Made by a program: the position numbers and the translations under genes
NCBI GenBank assembly: GCA_041736175.1
Contig: JBGSUI010000188.1
Location: 1 to 64,000 of the forward strand
Length of the DNA stretch: 64,000 nt
DNA from: Oligoflexales bacterium
Lineage (GTDB): Bacteria; Bdellovibrionota_B; Oligoflexia; Oligoflexales; CAIYRB01
Direction of reading: 5' to 3'
Notes under the pieces: model-generated
What the model was told of the DNA's origin: nothing
Database searches by the model: none
Seen by the model: the letters and a program-made list of their open reading frames with translations, nothing else
Part shown: in pieces, positions 9,720-19,564 of the stretch
Numbering within the stretch: the stretch's first letter is position 1
Layout: each line of letters starts with the position of its first letter

Positions 9720-10316
9720 TTACCTAACGAGCAGCCCTTCTAAGAGAAGCGAAGTGGATTTTTTAGTGATTCCATCATAGTCAAAGGAACCTTCGTCAAA
9801 AAGCCATTGAAGACTTAAACCATCAATGACAGCAACAACATAGGAGGCATACTGTATAGGATCGACCGCCCTAAAAACCCCTTGTTCGACTCCCTCGCGA
9901 ATGACCTGGATGGCCGAATCACGAAACTTACTATAATGGCGGGCGATGACTTTTCGAACGTCTTCCTTTTGGTTGATCTGGGTCCAAAAATCCATATTGA
10001 CCTGGTAGTACTCTTTTGTATTTCGAACCACATCAAAGCAGACCTCTAGGAAGACCTCAAACCTTCGCTTAATGTCCGAGGTGGATTCCATCTCTGACGT
10101 CAGGACTTGTTCGATATCGCCCGCAACCTTGTCGAGGACTGACATCATCAACTCATCTTTATTCAAAAAATAATAGTGGATGATCCCTTTGCTCACTCCT
10201 GCCGTGCGAGCCACGTCCTGCATCGAAAAATTATGGTATCCATACTTTGTAATGCAATCAACGGTCGCCCTGACAATCTGATCTTTACGTTCAGCAGCGA
10301 CGTCTGCTTTAGACAT
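9720..10316 (-). CDS. TetR/AcrR family transcriptional regulator (BetI-like C-terminus)
   Basis: HTH SMQDVARTAGVSKGIIHYYFLNKDEL; SD GAGGAG before MSKAD. Confidence 0.93.
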   Translation of the reverse strand: MSKADVAAERKDQIVRATVDCITKYGYHNFSMQDVARTAGVSKGIIHYYFLNKDELMMSVLDKVAGDIEQVLTSEMESTSDIKRRFEVFLEVCFDVVRNTKEYYQVNMDFWTQINQKEDVRKVIARHYSKFRDSAIQVIREGVEQGVFRAVDPIQYASYVVAVIDGLSLQWLFDEGSFDYDGITKKSTSLLLEGLLVR

Positions 10317-10632
10317 TGGAATACTCCTCAAGAATCGACTCTGGATCCTAGCACCATTATCTAACTCCATGCAACACAAGCGGTTAGGGAACTTTGGGCC
10401 CGTCGAGAGTCTGTTAGATCGTTCGAAATCCCATCACTCCAATTCTTAGTTAGAGCAGATCACTTGAGTCACATCAGCAAAGATGCTAAACTCGGTTAAA
10501 ACCTATGAATAGTTTGATTTCAACGCCCCTGTAAAGGGACATTTCATTCTGAGCTTTGTCGGCTTGCAAAACAGTCCTGTAAGAATCTACCCGGCACGCC
10601 CTGTGCGGCTGTCTCCATGGAGCACTTGAGAT

Positions 10633-11805
10633 ATGGGTCTAGCTGAATGTATTTTTAAAACAGTCACCATGGGTGCCGTCGCAGCGGTGGGAGGGGCGGT
10701 TCTGCTCATCCAATCCCCAGAGGTACGGGCTGCCGAATTTCGCTGGACCCATTTTGGTATCAGGCCCTTGGCTATGGGAAACGCCTATGTGGCCGTGGCC
10801 GATGACTACAATGCCTTATTTTACAATCCTGCGGGATTGGCCCGACTTAAGGAATGGAGTGGGGAGTTTTTCAATCCCCACGCCGAAATCTCTGACAACA
10901 CCATAGCCGCCATCAGCGATGTCTCTGATTTGATGTCGGGAGCATCGGGAGATACCAACTCCGTTTTGGATTTTTTAGAGAAAAACACAGGAAAAACTCA
11001 TCATTTTGGTTTTGGCCTAACCCCCCATTTGGTCTTTCCGGGGTTTGGGTTTGGCTTAGGGCTCGAGCTGGCGGCGACGATTGGGGTTCACCGCGAGATT
11101 TCTACCGATCTGGATTTTGGTCCCCGGGTTATTGCCCCGGTATCTTTTGCAACCAATTTTTTTGAAGACCGTCTCAGCGTCGGCGCAAGCCTTAAACTGG
11201 TGGCTCGGGGTGGAGTCGATAGGTCGTTTAGTATCAACGATATACAGGCATTTTCGTCCAGTTCAAAATCGTCGACAGAGACCGCTGATCCCAACACCAA
11301 TGCCACCAAACTCGAGGACTACGTCGAGGGGGGATTTGGCGCAGGAGTTGATGTGGGACTACTTTTCACCCCCATTAAAACCATGTCTCCAACCCTTGGC
11401 CTTAGCATCATAGACCTAGGAGGGACACCCTACCAAAAAGCTGATGTGGGTGGCAGCTCCCTTGGAGCACCAAACCCAAGGCTGCCGACCGTAAATACCG
11501 GGGTCAGCGTGATACCCTGGCAGGAAGGGGACATGTACTTAAGGGCGTCTGTGGATGCCCATGGAGTCAACCTGCCCATGCATTACTCTAAAAAGTTTAA
11601 CCTCGGTCTCGAATGGGGTATTGGCTCGATTCTTAAACTCCAAACTGGCCTCCACCAGGGTGAGCTCGCTGGAGGATTTGAGTTTGATGTCTTTTTATTT
11701 TCCTGCCGGTTTGCAACCTATACAGAACAGTTAGGCACCATCGCTGGGCAGGACGAAAATCTTCGCGACCGAAGATATGCCCTTGAGCTGAAACTATTAA
11801 TCTAA
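10633..11805 (+). CDS. Outer-membrane beta-barrel, FadL/TraF/PorV-like
   Basis: Signal peptide, then GIRPLAMGNAYVAVADDYNALFYNPAGLA plug motif and amphipathic beta strands. Confidence 0.7.
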   Translation: MGLAECIFKTVTMGAVAAVGGAVLLIQSPEVRAAEFRWTHFGIRPLAMGNAYVAVADDYNALFYNPAGLARLKEWSGEFFNPHAEISDNTIAAISDVSDLMSGASGDTNSVLDFLEKNTGKTHHFGFGLTPHLVFPGFGFGLGLELAATIGVHREISTDLDFGPRVIAPVSFATNFFEDRLSVGASLKLVARGGVDRSFSINDIQAFSSSSKSSTETADPNTNATKLEDYVEGGFGAGVDVGLLFTPIKTMSPTLGLSIIDLGGTPYQKADVGGSSLGAPNPRLPTVNTGVSVIPWQEGDMYLRASVDAHGVNLPMHYSKKFNLGLEWGIGSILKLQTGLHQGELAGGFEFDVFLFSCRFATYTEQLGTIAGQDENLRDRRYALELKLLI

Positions 11806-11823
11806 CTTAAAGGGATACGGTCT

Positions 11824-12519
11824 ATGGAAAGGTTCGTCGGGAAACTCCTCCTGTCACAGCTAGGTCTAGGTTTGGTGGGTTTAGGGACCATAAGTCTTTG
11901 GGAGTCCAAACCAGGTCTCGCAAAGGGTCTCAACGAGATCTCAACCCAAAACCCCGCGACCCAACCTCCACCACAACCTGTGGCTGAGTCTGGGATCCCT
12001 GCGCCATCCAGCGCCCTGTCACAGTCGATGGCTGGGCAGATTTTTATAGGTACCAGCACTGGTTTTGTTTCGGTTAGCAAATCTTCGGGGGATTGGAAAA
12101 GTGGTGGTGGCACCTCGGACGTCATTGTCGGTTATAAGGTCACGAACCTATCCCCAGAGATCCCGGTGATTGGAACCTATCGGTACAGCCCTGTTGCCGT
12201 TAGCGGCACCGAAAAGGGTTATGAATATAGAGGTGTGTGGGAAACCCATTATTTCGGAGCGAGGGGAAACTATACCCTCACTCCGGATATGACCGCCTAC
12301 GGCGGAGCCGAACTGGGCTATACCTTAATCTACCTGCAACCGCTTGATGGATCGGTCCAAAATATCAAGGCCGAGGACAATGGGGTGGCCCTTGCCCTCG
12401 GAGGCGGTCTAGACTACAAGATGTTAGAGAACCGGTTTAGCGTGGGTCCTCGGCTCCACTTGGGTTTTGGATCGACCTCGATCTATCAGCTTTCAGCCAG
12501 TGCCAGCTTTTACTTTTAA
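11824..12519 (+). CDS. Outer-membrane beta-barrel protein (small OMP type)
   Basis: Signal peptide, amphipathic strands, C-terminal ...SASFYF (Bam signal). Confidence 0.7.
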   Translation: MERFVGKLLLSQLGLGLVGLGTISLWESKPGLAKGLNEISTQNPATQPPPQPVAESGIPAPSSALSQSMAGQIFIGTSTGFVSVSKSSGDWKSGGGTSDVIVGYKVTNLSPEIPVIGTYRYSPVAVSGTEKGYEYRGVWETHYFGARGNYTLTPDMTAYGGAELGYTLIYLQPLDGSVQNIKAEDNGVALALGGGLDYKMLENRFSVGPRLHLGFGSTSIYQLSASASFYF

Positions 12520-12572
12520 ATCCCCATAGAGCCTGACTCCACCATTGGGCTCTTAGATCAAAAGCGCTCAAA

Positions 12573-14120
12573 ATGACGATGTTGTGGCAAAAGGCCCTCA
12601 AAAGATATTTATGGTTTATTCTATGGACACTCGCTTCCATGATCTCATGCCACCGGCGTACGCTCGTGGGTGAGCTGATAGTCAGAGCGCCTGGAGAGGG
12701 CACCTACGAAATCTACAGAATCGCCAACGAGAGTCCCCTACAGTTTGTCTCAGAGCAGTCGGGTCACTTTAACCAAAGCCTTGCCTTAGCTCCCGGACGG
12801 TATTTGGTCTTAGCGGATTGCTCCAGTCAATCGATTACGATCTATCCAGGGTCCCAGGAAAACCTGCTGGTGCACCGTCTAAAGTTTGATCCTCCCACCC
12901 CACCGTCCCCCCAAGACAGCTTTGCCATTCAGTGTAATCAGTCCGAAAAAACCAAGTCTATGCAAAACCTAAACAATAGGTACCAACTCTTTTTGCTCCA
13001 TGGAAAATGGGATATTCTGGTTGGAATGGTTCCTATGCGAATTGATTTTACGACTATGGAGCCTATGGGTCAGTCCAAAGACCTGACCTTTAAACTGGCT
13101 GCACTCCAGGTCGCCAAAAGCGATCAGCAAAACGATGCCACCTATTTTGTTTCTCCCGTCGATCGGATGATTGCGGCGACGAAATACCAACACTTCGGCA
13201 GTTGGGAGTTTCTTTTAAAAGGGCGATATCATGTGGAGGTCAACGGGACTACAATGGAAGTCGCCCTTGAGGAAGGGGAGATGAGGACAATAAAGCCTGC
13301 GATTTTAAAAGTGACTACTTCAGAATCTATCGATCTCACCCACCCAGCTAAACTAAAAGGTAGTCCATGGATGGTGGAAATCAACGCTGGCCACTGGTTA
13401 ACCTTCAACGAGCCTTATCCCATCTTACCTGGCAATGCTACGATTGGGATCAATGGCTCCTCCCAGGTCTTAGAAATCTCCGCTAGCGAAGATCAAGTGA
13501 TCGATCTCAAGGCAAGAAGCATCTTTGTAAATAGCAATTGTGCCGCCGACGATATCCCATGTTTTGGATCTCACAATATTTCTCTCTATGAACCCGAAGA
13601 ACCCTATCCCTTTGTGGAAACCATCTCTGATATTCCCATCCTCTATATCGACCAATCCAAACCCATCCTCCTAGGGGTGGAAGGATCGAGGGATATCACC
13701 TATGAGATAAGCCCCCAAGTCCGAGATCGTCAGGTCCAACTCGGGTACCTTCGCTTGATCCCCCAACCCCAACATCGTTTGGGACAAACGACCGATCTGG
13801 TGAGAATCATCACGACGGGTCTTCCCTATCGCGGACATAGTTTAGACATCAACCTTGAAAACCCAACTCTGATGCCCCTTATTGAAGGGACTTACAAATT
13901 CGAACATTTTATCAGCACCAGTGGACCTGACGGCGAGAGACGGGGCAACGACCGGCTCGTTACGGTGGAGGCCGGCAAAACTCTCGAACTTCCCTTTCCC
14001 GTCTTTATATCGGAAAAAAAATGGCTTTCTCTTAAAAAGTCACTGATTGGTCCGCCTGAACCGGATAAGGTTCAGGCTAAAGGTCCAGCCAATCCCGCAG
14101 AAAAATCCAAAGAATTGTAA
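12573..14120 (+). CDS. Hypothetical lipoprotein, beta-rich
   Basis: Lipobox-like LASMISC; 515-aa ORF co-oriented with the OMP genes. Confidence 0.6.
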   Translation: MTMLWQKALKRYLWFILWTLASMISCHRRTLVGELIVRAPGEGTYEIYRIANESPLQFVSEQSGHFNQSLALAPGRYLVLADCSSQSITIYPGSQENLLVHRLKFDPPTPPSPQDSFAIQCNQSEKTKSMQNLNNRYQLFLLHGKWDILVGMVPMRIDFTTMEPMGQSKDLTFKLAALQVAKSDQQNDATYFVSPVDRMIAATKYQHFGSWEFLLKGRYHVEVNGTTMEVALEEGEMRTIKPAILKVTTSESIDLTHPAKLKGSPWMVEINAGHWLTFNEPYPILPGNATIGINGSSQVLEISASEDQVIDLKARSIFVNSNCAADDIPCFGSHNISLYEPEEPYPFVETISDIPILYIDQSKPILLGVEGSRDITYEISPQVRDRQVQLGYLRLIPQPQHRLGQTTDLVRIITTGLPYRGHSLDINLENPTLMPLIEGTYKFEHFISTSGPDGERRGNDRLVTVEAGKTLELPFPVFISEKKWLSLKKSLIGPPEPDKVQAKGPANPAEKSKEL

Positions 14121-14132
14121 ACCTTCATAATT

Positions 14133-15086
14133 TTACAAGCCAGATTTTGGCCCCCATAACCAAGCCGCTCCCCGAACTCCGCTTGAGTCTCCATGGACGG
14201 CTTTCAAAAGCTTGGTAAATTTCCCATCTCCAAAAATAAACTGGTCCCAAATCTTGGGGATCTTTTCGTAAAGGCGGCCCACGTTAGAGAGGCCGCCCCC
14301 TAGGACGATTGCGTCCGGATCTATGGCATTGATCAGAACAGCAAGGGATCTTGCCAAGCGGTTTTCGAGGCGATCCAATGCCAGGAGACCATCACGATCG
14401 CCCTGGTTTGCTAGGGCGACGATCTCTTGGGCCTCGAGGTTTTTTCCCGTGGCCTTAAAAAAATCCGCCTTAAATCCGGTCCCTGAAACATAGGTCTCGA
14501 TACATCCTCTATGGCCACAGTAACAGGGAGGCGGGTTGTTCCATTCTTCCTGGTTGGGGTCAGGAAGGCGGTTGTGCCCCCACTCGCCACCCAGTGCGTT
14601 GGGGCCCCGCCAGATTTTTTGGTGGAGGACTAGTCCACCACCGCACCCAGTCCCTAAAATAACCCCAAAAACCACTTGGCCCCCTTTTCCTGCACCGTCC
14701 ACAGCCTCGGAGAGGGCAAAACAGTTGGCATCGTTTTCAATGCGAACTTCCTGCCCTAAGAAGGTTGCCAGATCCTTGGCTAGTGGTTTGCCATTGATGA
14801 TCTGCAAATTGGAGTTACGCAGCAGGTCGGTCCCCGGTGCCAAAGAGCCCGGTATCCCTAGACCGACCGTCCCATGGCAGGGGACGCCAAGTTTTTGTTT
14901 AGATTCTGATTCCACATGCCGGATAAGATGGCTTAGCTCCGCCAACAAGGCTTGATAGTCGTTTTTAGGCGTAGGAATCCTATGTCGCATAAGGATCTCA
15001 CCCTCGGGATCCATACCGATGGCTTCAATCTTTGTGCCACCTAAGTCGACCCCTAGGCGTAGGTGTATTGAATCATGTGACGACAT
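14133..15086 (-). CDS. mak: ROK family manno(fructo)kinase
   Basis: GVDLGGTK, ENDANCFALSE, GEWGH, CYCG..GCIE and HGDSSGVRGAAWLW, as in E. coli Mak. Confidence 0.88.
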   Translation of the reverse strand: MSSHDSIHLRLGVDLGGTKIEAIGMDPEGEILMRHRIPTPKNDYQALLAELSHLIRHVESESKQKLGVPCHGTVGLGIPGSLAPGTDLLRNSNLQIINGKPLAKDLATFLGQEVRIENDANCFALSEAVDGAGKGGQVVFGVILGTGCGGGLVLHQKIWRGPNALGGEWGHNRLPDPNQEEWNNPPPCYCGHRGCIETYVSGTGFKADFFKATGKNLEAQEIVALANQGDRDGLLALDRLENRLARSLAVLINAIDPDAIVLGGGLSNVGRLYEKIPKIWDQFIFGDGKFTKLLKAVHGDSSGVRGAAWLWGPKSGL

Positions 15087-15097
15087 CGTGAATTCCT

Positions 15098-17587
15098 TTA
15101 AAAGGTGTCAAAAAGACTGCGAATCACAAGGCTATTTTTAAGGTTCTGAAGATCGATCGACGAAGATTGAATAGATTTTAGGGGTTTAATGGTCGAGAAC
15201 TTCAAGATCCGGGTCTCTCCAGGATCGAGATCAAAGTAATTATCGCTTGTGATCACGTCAAAGCCTTGGGAATCAATTTCGACAAATTTAGCAAAGGCCT
15301 TGGCTGTTATGGAGAGGCTAAATGACCCGGGGGTCGGCTCCTCAAGGACCCAAGAAAGCTTAGGATCGACCAAATCCAGATGCTTGTAAGGCACAAAGCT
15401 AACAGTGGACCTTAAAATTTGATTTTGTGGACCTTTAAAGGTCGCACTTAGGTAGTGGCCGCGGACCAGAGTTTTGGCGAGGTCATCCGTAAAGTCTAGA
15501 TCTTGGAGGAGTGAGGAGTGAAAAGGGGCCACTTCTACCGATTTTTGCCCCTCCTTGATGACACGACCTGTCAGAGTGAGTAGTTTCCAAGTGAGTTCCC
15601 CCACAAGAACCGTCTTGGTTTCGTTGCTCAAGTGAATCTGGGCCTTGCGCCCCTCCTCACGGATCGATAGGAGAGGGCCTGCAAAGACTCTTTTTGCCAC
15701 ATAGTGCATGGCTTTCCAGCGACCGTAATAGTCTACTGACGACCAGGAAGTCACAGGCCAGTTATCGTTAAACTGCCAGTAGGTGGCTCCCATACACCTG
15801 CCTCTGTTTTGTCGCAAATGCTCCACCGCATAGCGCAAGGCTTCCCCTTGGCTGACTTGGGAAACATAGACTACGCTTTCAAAGTCTTTGGGATAGCGGT
15901 AATAGTCGGCAATAAAATTAAATATTTTGGCATTGCCATTCTCTGAGTCGTTACGCTGGTGATCTTCCATGACGGGGCTAAAAATATTTCGATCTCCCGC
16001 CTCCGTAAAGGACTGGATGGTCTTGATATTGGGAAATCCTTGGAACCCAAATTCAGAAAGAAATCTAAAATGATGCTTGCGAAACTCCGTATAGTTTTTT
16101 CTGCCGTGCCACACATCCCAGTAATGGACATCGCCGCGATCGGGATGGTTAGGCTCGTCAAAAAACCCACCACTTGAAGGCGACGCGGGCCAGTAGTCGA
16201 TGTAAGGACAGACTTCGGCAACGATCTGGGGAAACAAGATCTCATACTGCTTGATATACTCGACTCTGTTTTCTTTTGTATGGGGAAATCCCCAGACTTC
16301 AAACCCCCATTCCATTTCGTTGTTGCCGCAGATAAGACCGATACAGGCGTGGTGCCGAATGCGGGTGAGGTTTTCCCGGACTTCCTGGGTGATATTGGCG
16401 TAAAACTCCGGATTGTGGATATCGTAGATCGCACAGGAAAACATAAGGTCTTGCCAGATGATGATACCCATTTCATCACAGGCATCAAAAAAATCTTGGT
16501 TTGGATAAACCCCTCCGCCCCAGACGCGCATACAGTTAAAGTTGGCGTCTTGGGCAGTCTTAACCAACTCGCGGGTTTTCTCCCGGGTCACGCGGGTCAA
16601 ATAGACGTCTTCGGGGATATAATTGCCGCCGCAGGCAAAGATTGGGGTGCCATTGATATTGAACTGAAAGCTTTCGCCCCACTGGTCTTTTTTACGCTCA
16701 AGCCGCAGGGTCCTTAGCCCGATGCGAAGGCTACGTTGATCCGTAGTTTCACCGTTTACCAGGAGATCACAAGAGATCTGGTAGAGGGGATGTTCTCCTA
16801 GCCCGTTGGGCCACCACAATTGGGGGCGTTCCACCGGGATCTCCAAGGTCTTGCCATCTTCAAGGGTCCATTGGCTTGCCTCCCCTTGGGGAGTTTTCAA
16901 GGTGAGCTGGAGCTTGGTAGGTAGGTTGGCCCAGCGATCTAGAGTTGCTGTCACAAGCAGGGTCACTTGAGACCCCTCGTGTTTTTGGGTGACTTGCAGG
17001 TCCTTTATCTTTGCACCCAGATAGGAACTCACGCGGATATCCCTAAAGATACCCACATCTGGCATCTGGGGTCCCCAGTCCCATCCATAACTACAAAAGC
17101 TTTTGCGGATATGCATAGCCCCCGGTAGCGGAGATACAACCTGCCAAAGGGGGCGCTCCTTTTGCCGGTCAGCGGCAGCTTTTACCGCATCTTCAAACAA
17201 GATCGAAAGGTGTTGAGGTTTATCGTGGGTGACGGAGGGGTCTAAGGGATATACCCAAGTGCGATGCATATTATTGGTCTTACCCAGGACTTTCTTGTTG
17301 AGTTCGACCGTCGCAAGAGTATCGAGACCAAAACACTCCAAATAAACCCGTCGATCGCTGCCTATAAATTCTTTAGGGATCTGGAAATCCCGTTCGAAGA
17401 CAAACTGTCTTGAGACGATCTCGACGCTTTGCCGGTTATTTTCTCTGTAAAAAACATCCACTTTTCCGTAGGCACCTGACTTTTCAATCTGAAACAAAAC
17501 GGTACCAGGAACCTGGACTTCGTCCCAGTTGTAGCGACCATCGGTAGAGCGGAGTTTCCAAGCACCGGCGAGATTGAGGTGTTTCAT
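15098..17587 (-). CDS. Glycoside hydrolase family 2 beta-mannosidase
   Basis: YGWDWGP, RVWGGGVY, WQDLMF, GNNE (acid/base), SEFG (nucleophile), YWQFND.WP. Confidence 0.92.
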   Translation of the reverse strand: MKHLNLAGAWKLRSTDGRYNWDEVQVPGTVLFQIEKSGAYGKVDVFYRENNRQSVEIVSRQFVFERDFQIPKEFIGSDRRVYLECFGLDTLATVELNKKVLGKTNNMHRTWVYPLDPSVTHDKPQHLSILFEDAVKAAADRQKERPLWQVVSPLPGAMHIRKSFCSYGWDWGPQMPDVGIFRDIRVSSYLGAKIKDLQVTQKHEGSQVTLLVTATLDRWANLPTKLQLTLKTPQGEASQWTLEDGKTLEIPVERPQLWWPNGLGEHPLYQISCDLLVNGETTDQRSLRIGLRTLRLERKKDQWGESFQFNINGTPIFACGGNYIPEDVYLTRVTREKTRELVKTAQDANFNCMRVWGGGVYPNQDFFDACDEMGIIIWQDLMFSCAIYDIHNPEFYANITQEVRENLTRIRHHACIGLICGNNEMEWGFEVWGFPHTKENRVEYIKQYEILFPQIVAEVCPYIDYWPASPSSGGFFDEPNHPDRGDVHYWDVWHGRKNYTEFRKHHFRFLSEFGFQGFPNIKTIQSFTEAGDRNIFSPVMEDHQRNDSENGNAKIFNFIADYYRYPKDFESVVYVSQVSQGEALRYAVEHLRQNRGRCMGATYWQFNDNWPVTSWSSVDYYGRWKAMHYVAKRVFAGPLLSIREEGRKAQIHLSNETKTVLVGELTWKLLTLTGRVIKEGQKSVEVAPFHSSLLQDLDFTDDLAKTLVRGHYLSATFKGPQNQILRSTVSFVPYKHLDLVDPKLSWVLEEPTPGSFSLSITAKAFAKFVEIDSQGFDVITSDNYFDLDPGETRILKFSTIKPLKSIQSSSIDLQNLKNSLVIRSLFDTF

Positions 17588-17621
17588 CTGGATGATCCTT
17601 GTTTAAGAGTAAAGTTTTTGT

Positions 17622-19466
17622 CTATAAAAACGTAGTTATTTCCCGTTTCTTTGCTTTTTTGAGGAGTTGCTTAGCGTGATTAAGACTCGCTTGGGTCACT
17701 TCTGCACCGGAAATTAAGCGGGCAATCTCCCGTTCGCTGGCTTTTTTGTCTAAGGCCACGATTTGTGATTCCGTACGGTCCCCTGAGCCCTGCTTACGCA
17801 CTAAAAAGTGAGCATCGGCAAATGCAGTCACTTGGGCAAGATGTGAGATACAAATCACCTGGAACCTGTGAGAAAGCTCCTGAATCTTTTGGCCAACAAC
17901 ATCAGCAATACGGCCCGAGATACCCGTGTCGATCTCATCGAAAACCAAGAGACAGCTATCAGCACCTGCAGCCAGGGATTTTTTAAGTGCCAAAATAACC
18001 CGCGAAATCTCCCCTCCTGAAGCGATTTTTTGGAGGGGGTGGAGGGGTTCTCCTTTATTTGCAGCTAAGAGAAACTGACCTCGTTCCATCCCGTGATCGC
18101 CGAGTTGGGACCAATCATCGCAAAAAGCTTGCCACCGGGTGCGGATATCCTCACCCAAAAAACCAAGGTCGAGGTCTGGTGGTTGCAGTCGGATGGGGCT
18201 AAACTCCACATCGATTTGAGCACCAGGCATCGCAAGCTGGTGGAGTTCCTTTTCTAGATGCTTTTGCACGATATCTTTAGCCTTTTTTCGAGCCAGGGAC
18301 AGGGCTTCTCCCTGCTTTCTCAATTCTTTTGAGTCAGCTTGGAGTTTCTGAAGAGCCGTCGTGATTGTCTGGGAGGCTTGATCGATCCAGTCGCGCTCCT
18401 GGAAGATGCGACGCTGCTCGTCTAAAAGCTGGTCGATAGTATGGACGTTGAGTTTGCGAAAGAGGTCTTGGTATCCGACCAGTCGGAGTTGCATTTCTTC
18501 CAATTCGGTTTCGTTAATGGAGAGGTCTCGGATCGTCACGCCGATTTGAAAACTCAGATCGTCGATCAATCCAGCGATTTGCGCTGCTTGATCGGCGCAA
18601 TGGGTGAGTTTGGAGGTGATGCTTTCTCCAAGGGGCGTCGTAGTGATGCGGCTCAGGCGTCGGTGGCAGTCCCACAGGTTTTGGCTAGGGGAAGTATGCT
18701 GATCACCCGCTTCGAGAGATGTCTGAATGATCTGAAGATCTCGTAAGATCTGAAGGTTTTGCGTCACAGCCTTTAAGACCGTAGTGATCTGATGGTACTC
18801 CTCCTGTTGGGGCTCAAACCGGGAGAGCTCGTCGCAGCGGAAGTTGATATAATCAGCGCTTTGGCGGCGGCTGCGGAACCGGTCCACCAAATCTATAAAA
18901 TCCTTCAGGTCACCGATGATTTTGCGGCGCTGGATGTTATACCTCTCCAGGGGCCCTTTGCTTCCCTCAGGGGCTAAAGACGTCACAAGGGGGAGAAACT
19001 GATCGAGCCATTGGAGGTGATGGGCGGGATCGAGGAGCCTAAGGCTATCGTGTTGGCCAAAAACATCGATCAACGTTCCGCCTACTTCCTTAAGGGTCGC
19101 CGCGGTTACCGGGGTGTCGTTGATCCAGGCGAGAAAGCGTCCCTTTGGACTGATCACCCGACGGATAAGGATAGGAATGCCTGTGCTTTCGGAAGTGGAG
19201 ACTTCATAGCCAATGCCACAGTGGGAGAGGATCCCTAAGACTTTATGGCCTACTTCAACCTCAAAGTAACCTGTGATGCTAGCTGCTGCGCGCCCACGAC
19301 GCACATATTCCGGGTGACCCTTGCCCCCAAGGAGGAGACCTAAGGCTCTAATCAAGATAGACTTACCGGCGCCAGTTTCGCCTGTAATGACGTTGAACTG
19401 AGGGCTGAATTCAATGGCCAGCGATTCAATGATGGCTAGTCCTTCGATTTCAAGTCTGGAAAGCAC
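17622..19466 (-). CDS. recN: DNA repair protein RecN
   Basis: GETGAGKS, IASGGEISR, FDEIDTGISG and ISHLAQV motifs; GTG start. Confidence 0.95.
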   Translation of the reverse strand: MLSRLEIEGLAIIESLAIEFSPQFNVITGETGAGKSILIRALGLLLGGKGHPEYVRRGRAAASITGYFEVEVGHKVLGILSHCGIGYEVSTSESTGIPILIRRVISPKGRFLAWINDTPVTAATLKEVGGTLIDVFGQHDSLRLLDPAHHLQWLDQFLPLVTSLAPEGSKGPLERYNIQRRKIIGDLKDFIDLVDRFRSRRQSADYINFRCDELSRFEPQQEEYHQITTVLKAVTQNLQILRDLQIIQTSLEAGDQHTSPSQNLWDCHRRLSRITTTPLGESITSKLTHCADQAAQIAGLIDDLSFQIGVTIRDLSINETELEEMQLRLVGYQDLFRKLNVHTIDQLLDEQRRIFQERDWIDQASQTITTALQKLQADSKELRKQGEALSLARKKAKDIVQKHLEKELHQLAMPGAQIDVEFSPIRLQPPDLDLGFLGEDIRTRWQAFCDDWSQLGDHGMERGQFLLAANKGEPLHPLQKIASGGEISRVILALKKSLAAGADSCLLVFDEIDTGISGRIADVVGQKIQELSHRFQVICISHLAQVTAFADAHFLVRKQGSGDRTESQIVALDKKASEREIARLISGAEVTQASLNHAKQLLKKAKKREITTFL

Positions 19467-19564
19467 GTGGTTTCTATCCTCCCTACCTTCCTAACATATC
19501 GAGGAACAGCTTCCTGGTCTATAAGCGTCCATGAGGGATCAAGAAATGTCTTTGGCGCGGCGAT

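Noticed and set aside
10474..10489. TCAGCA-N4-TGCTAA as a TetR operator or CIRCE element
   Set aside because: Short and imperfect, with wrong spacing for CIRCE; could be chance.
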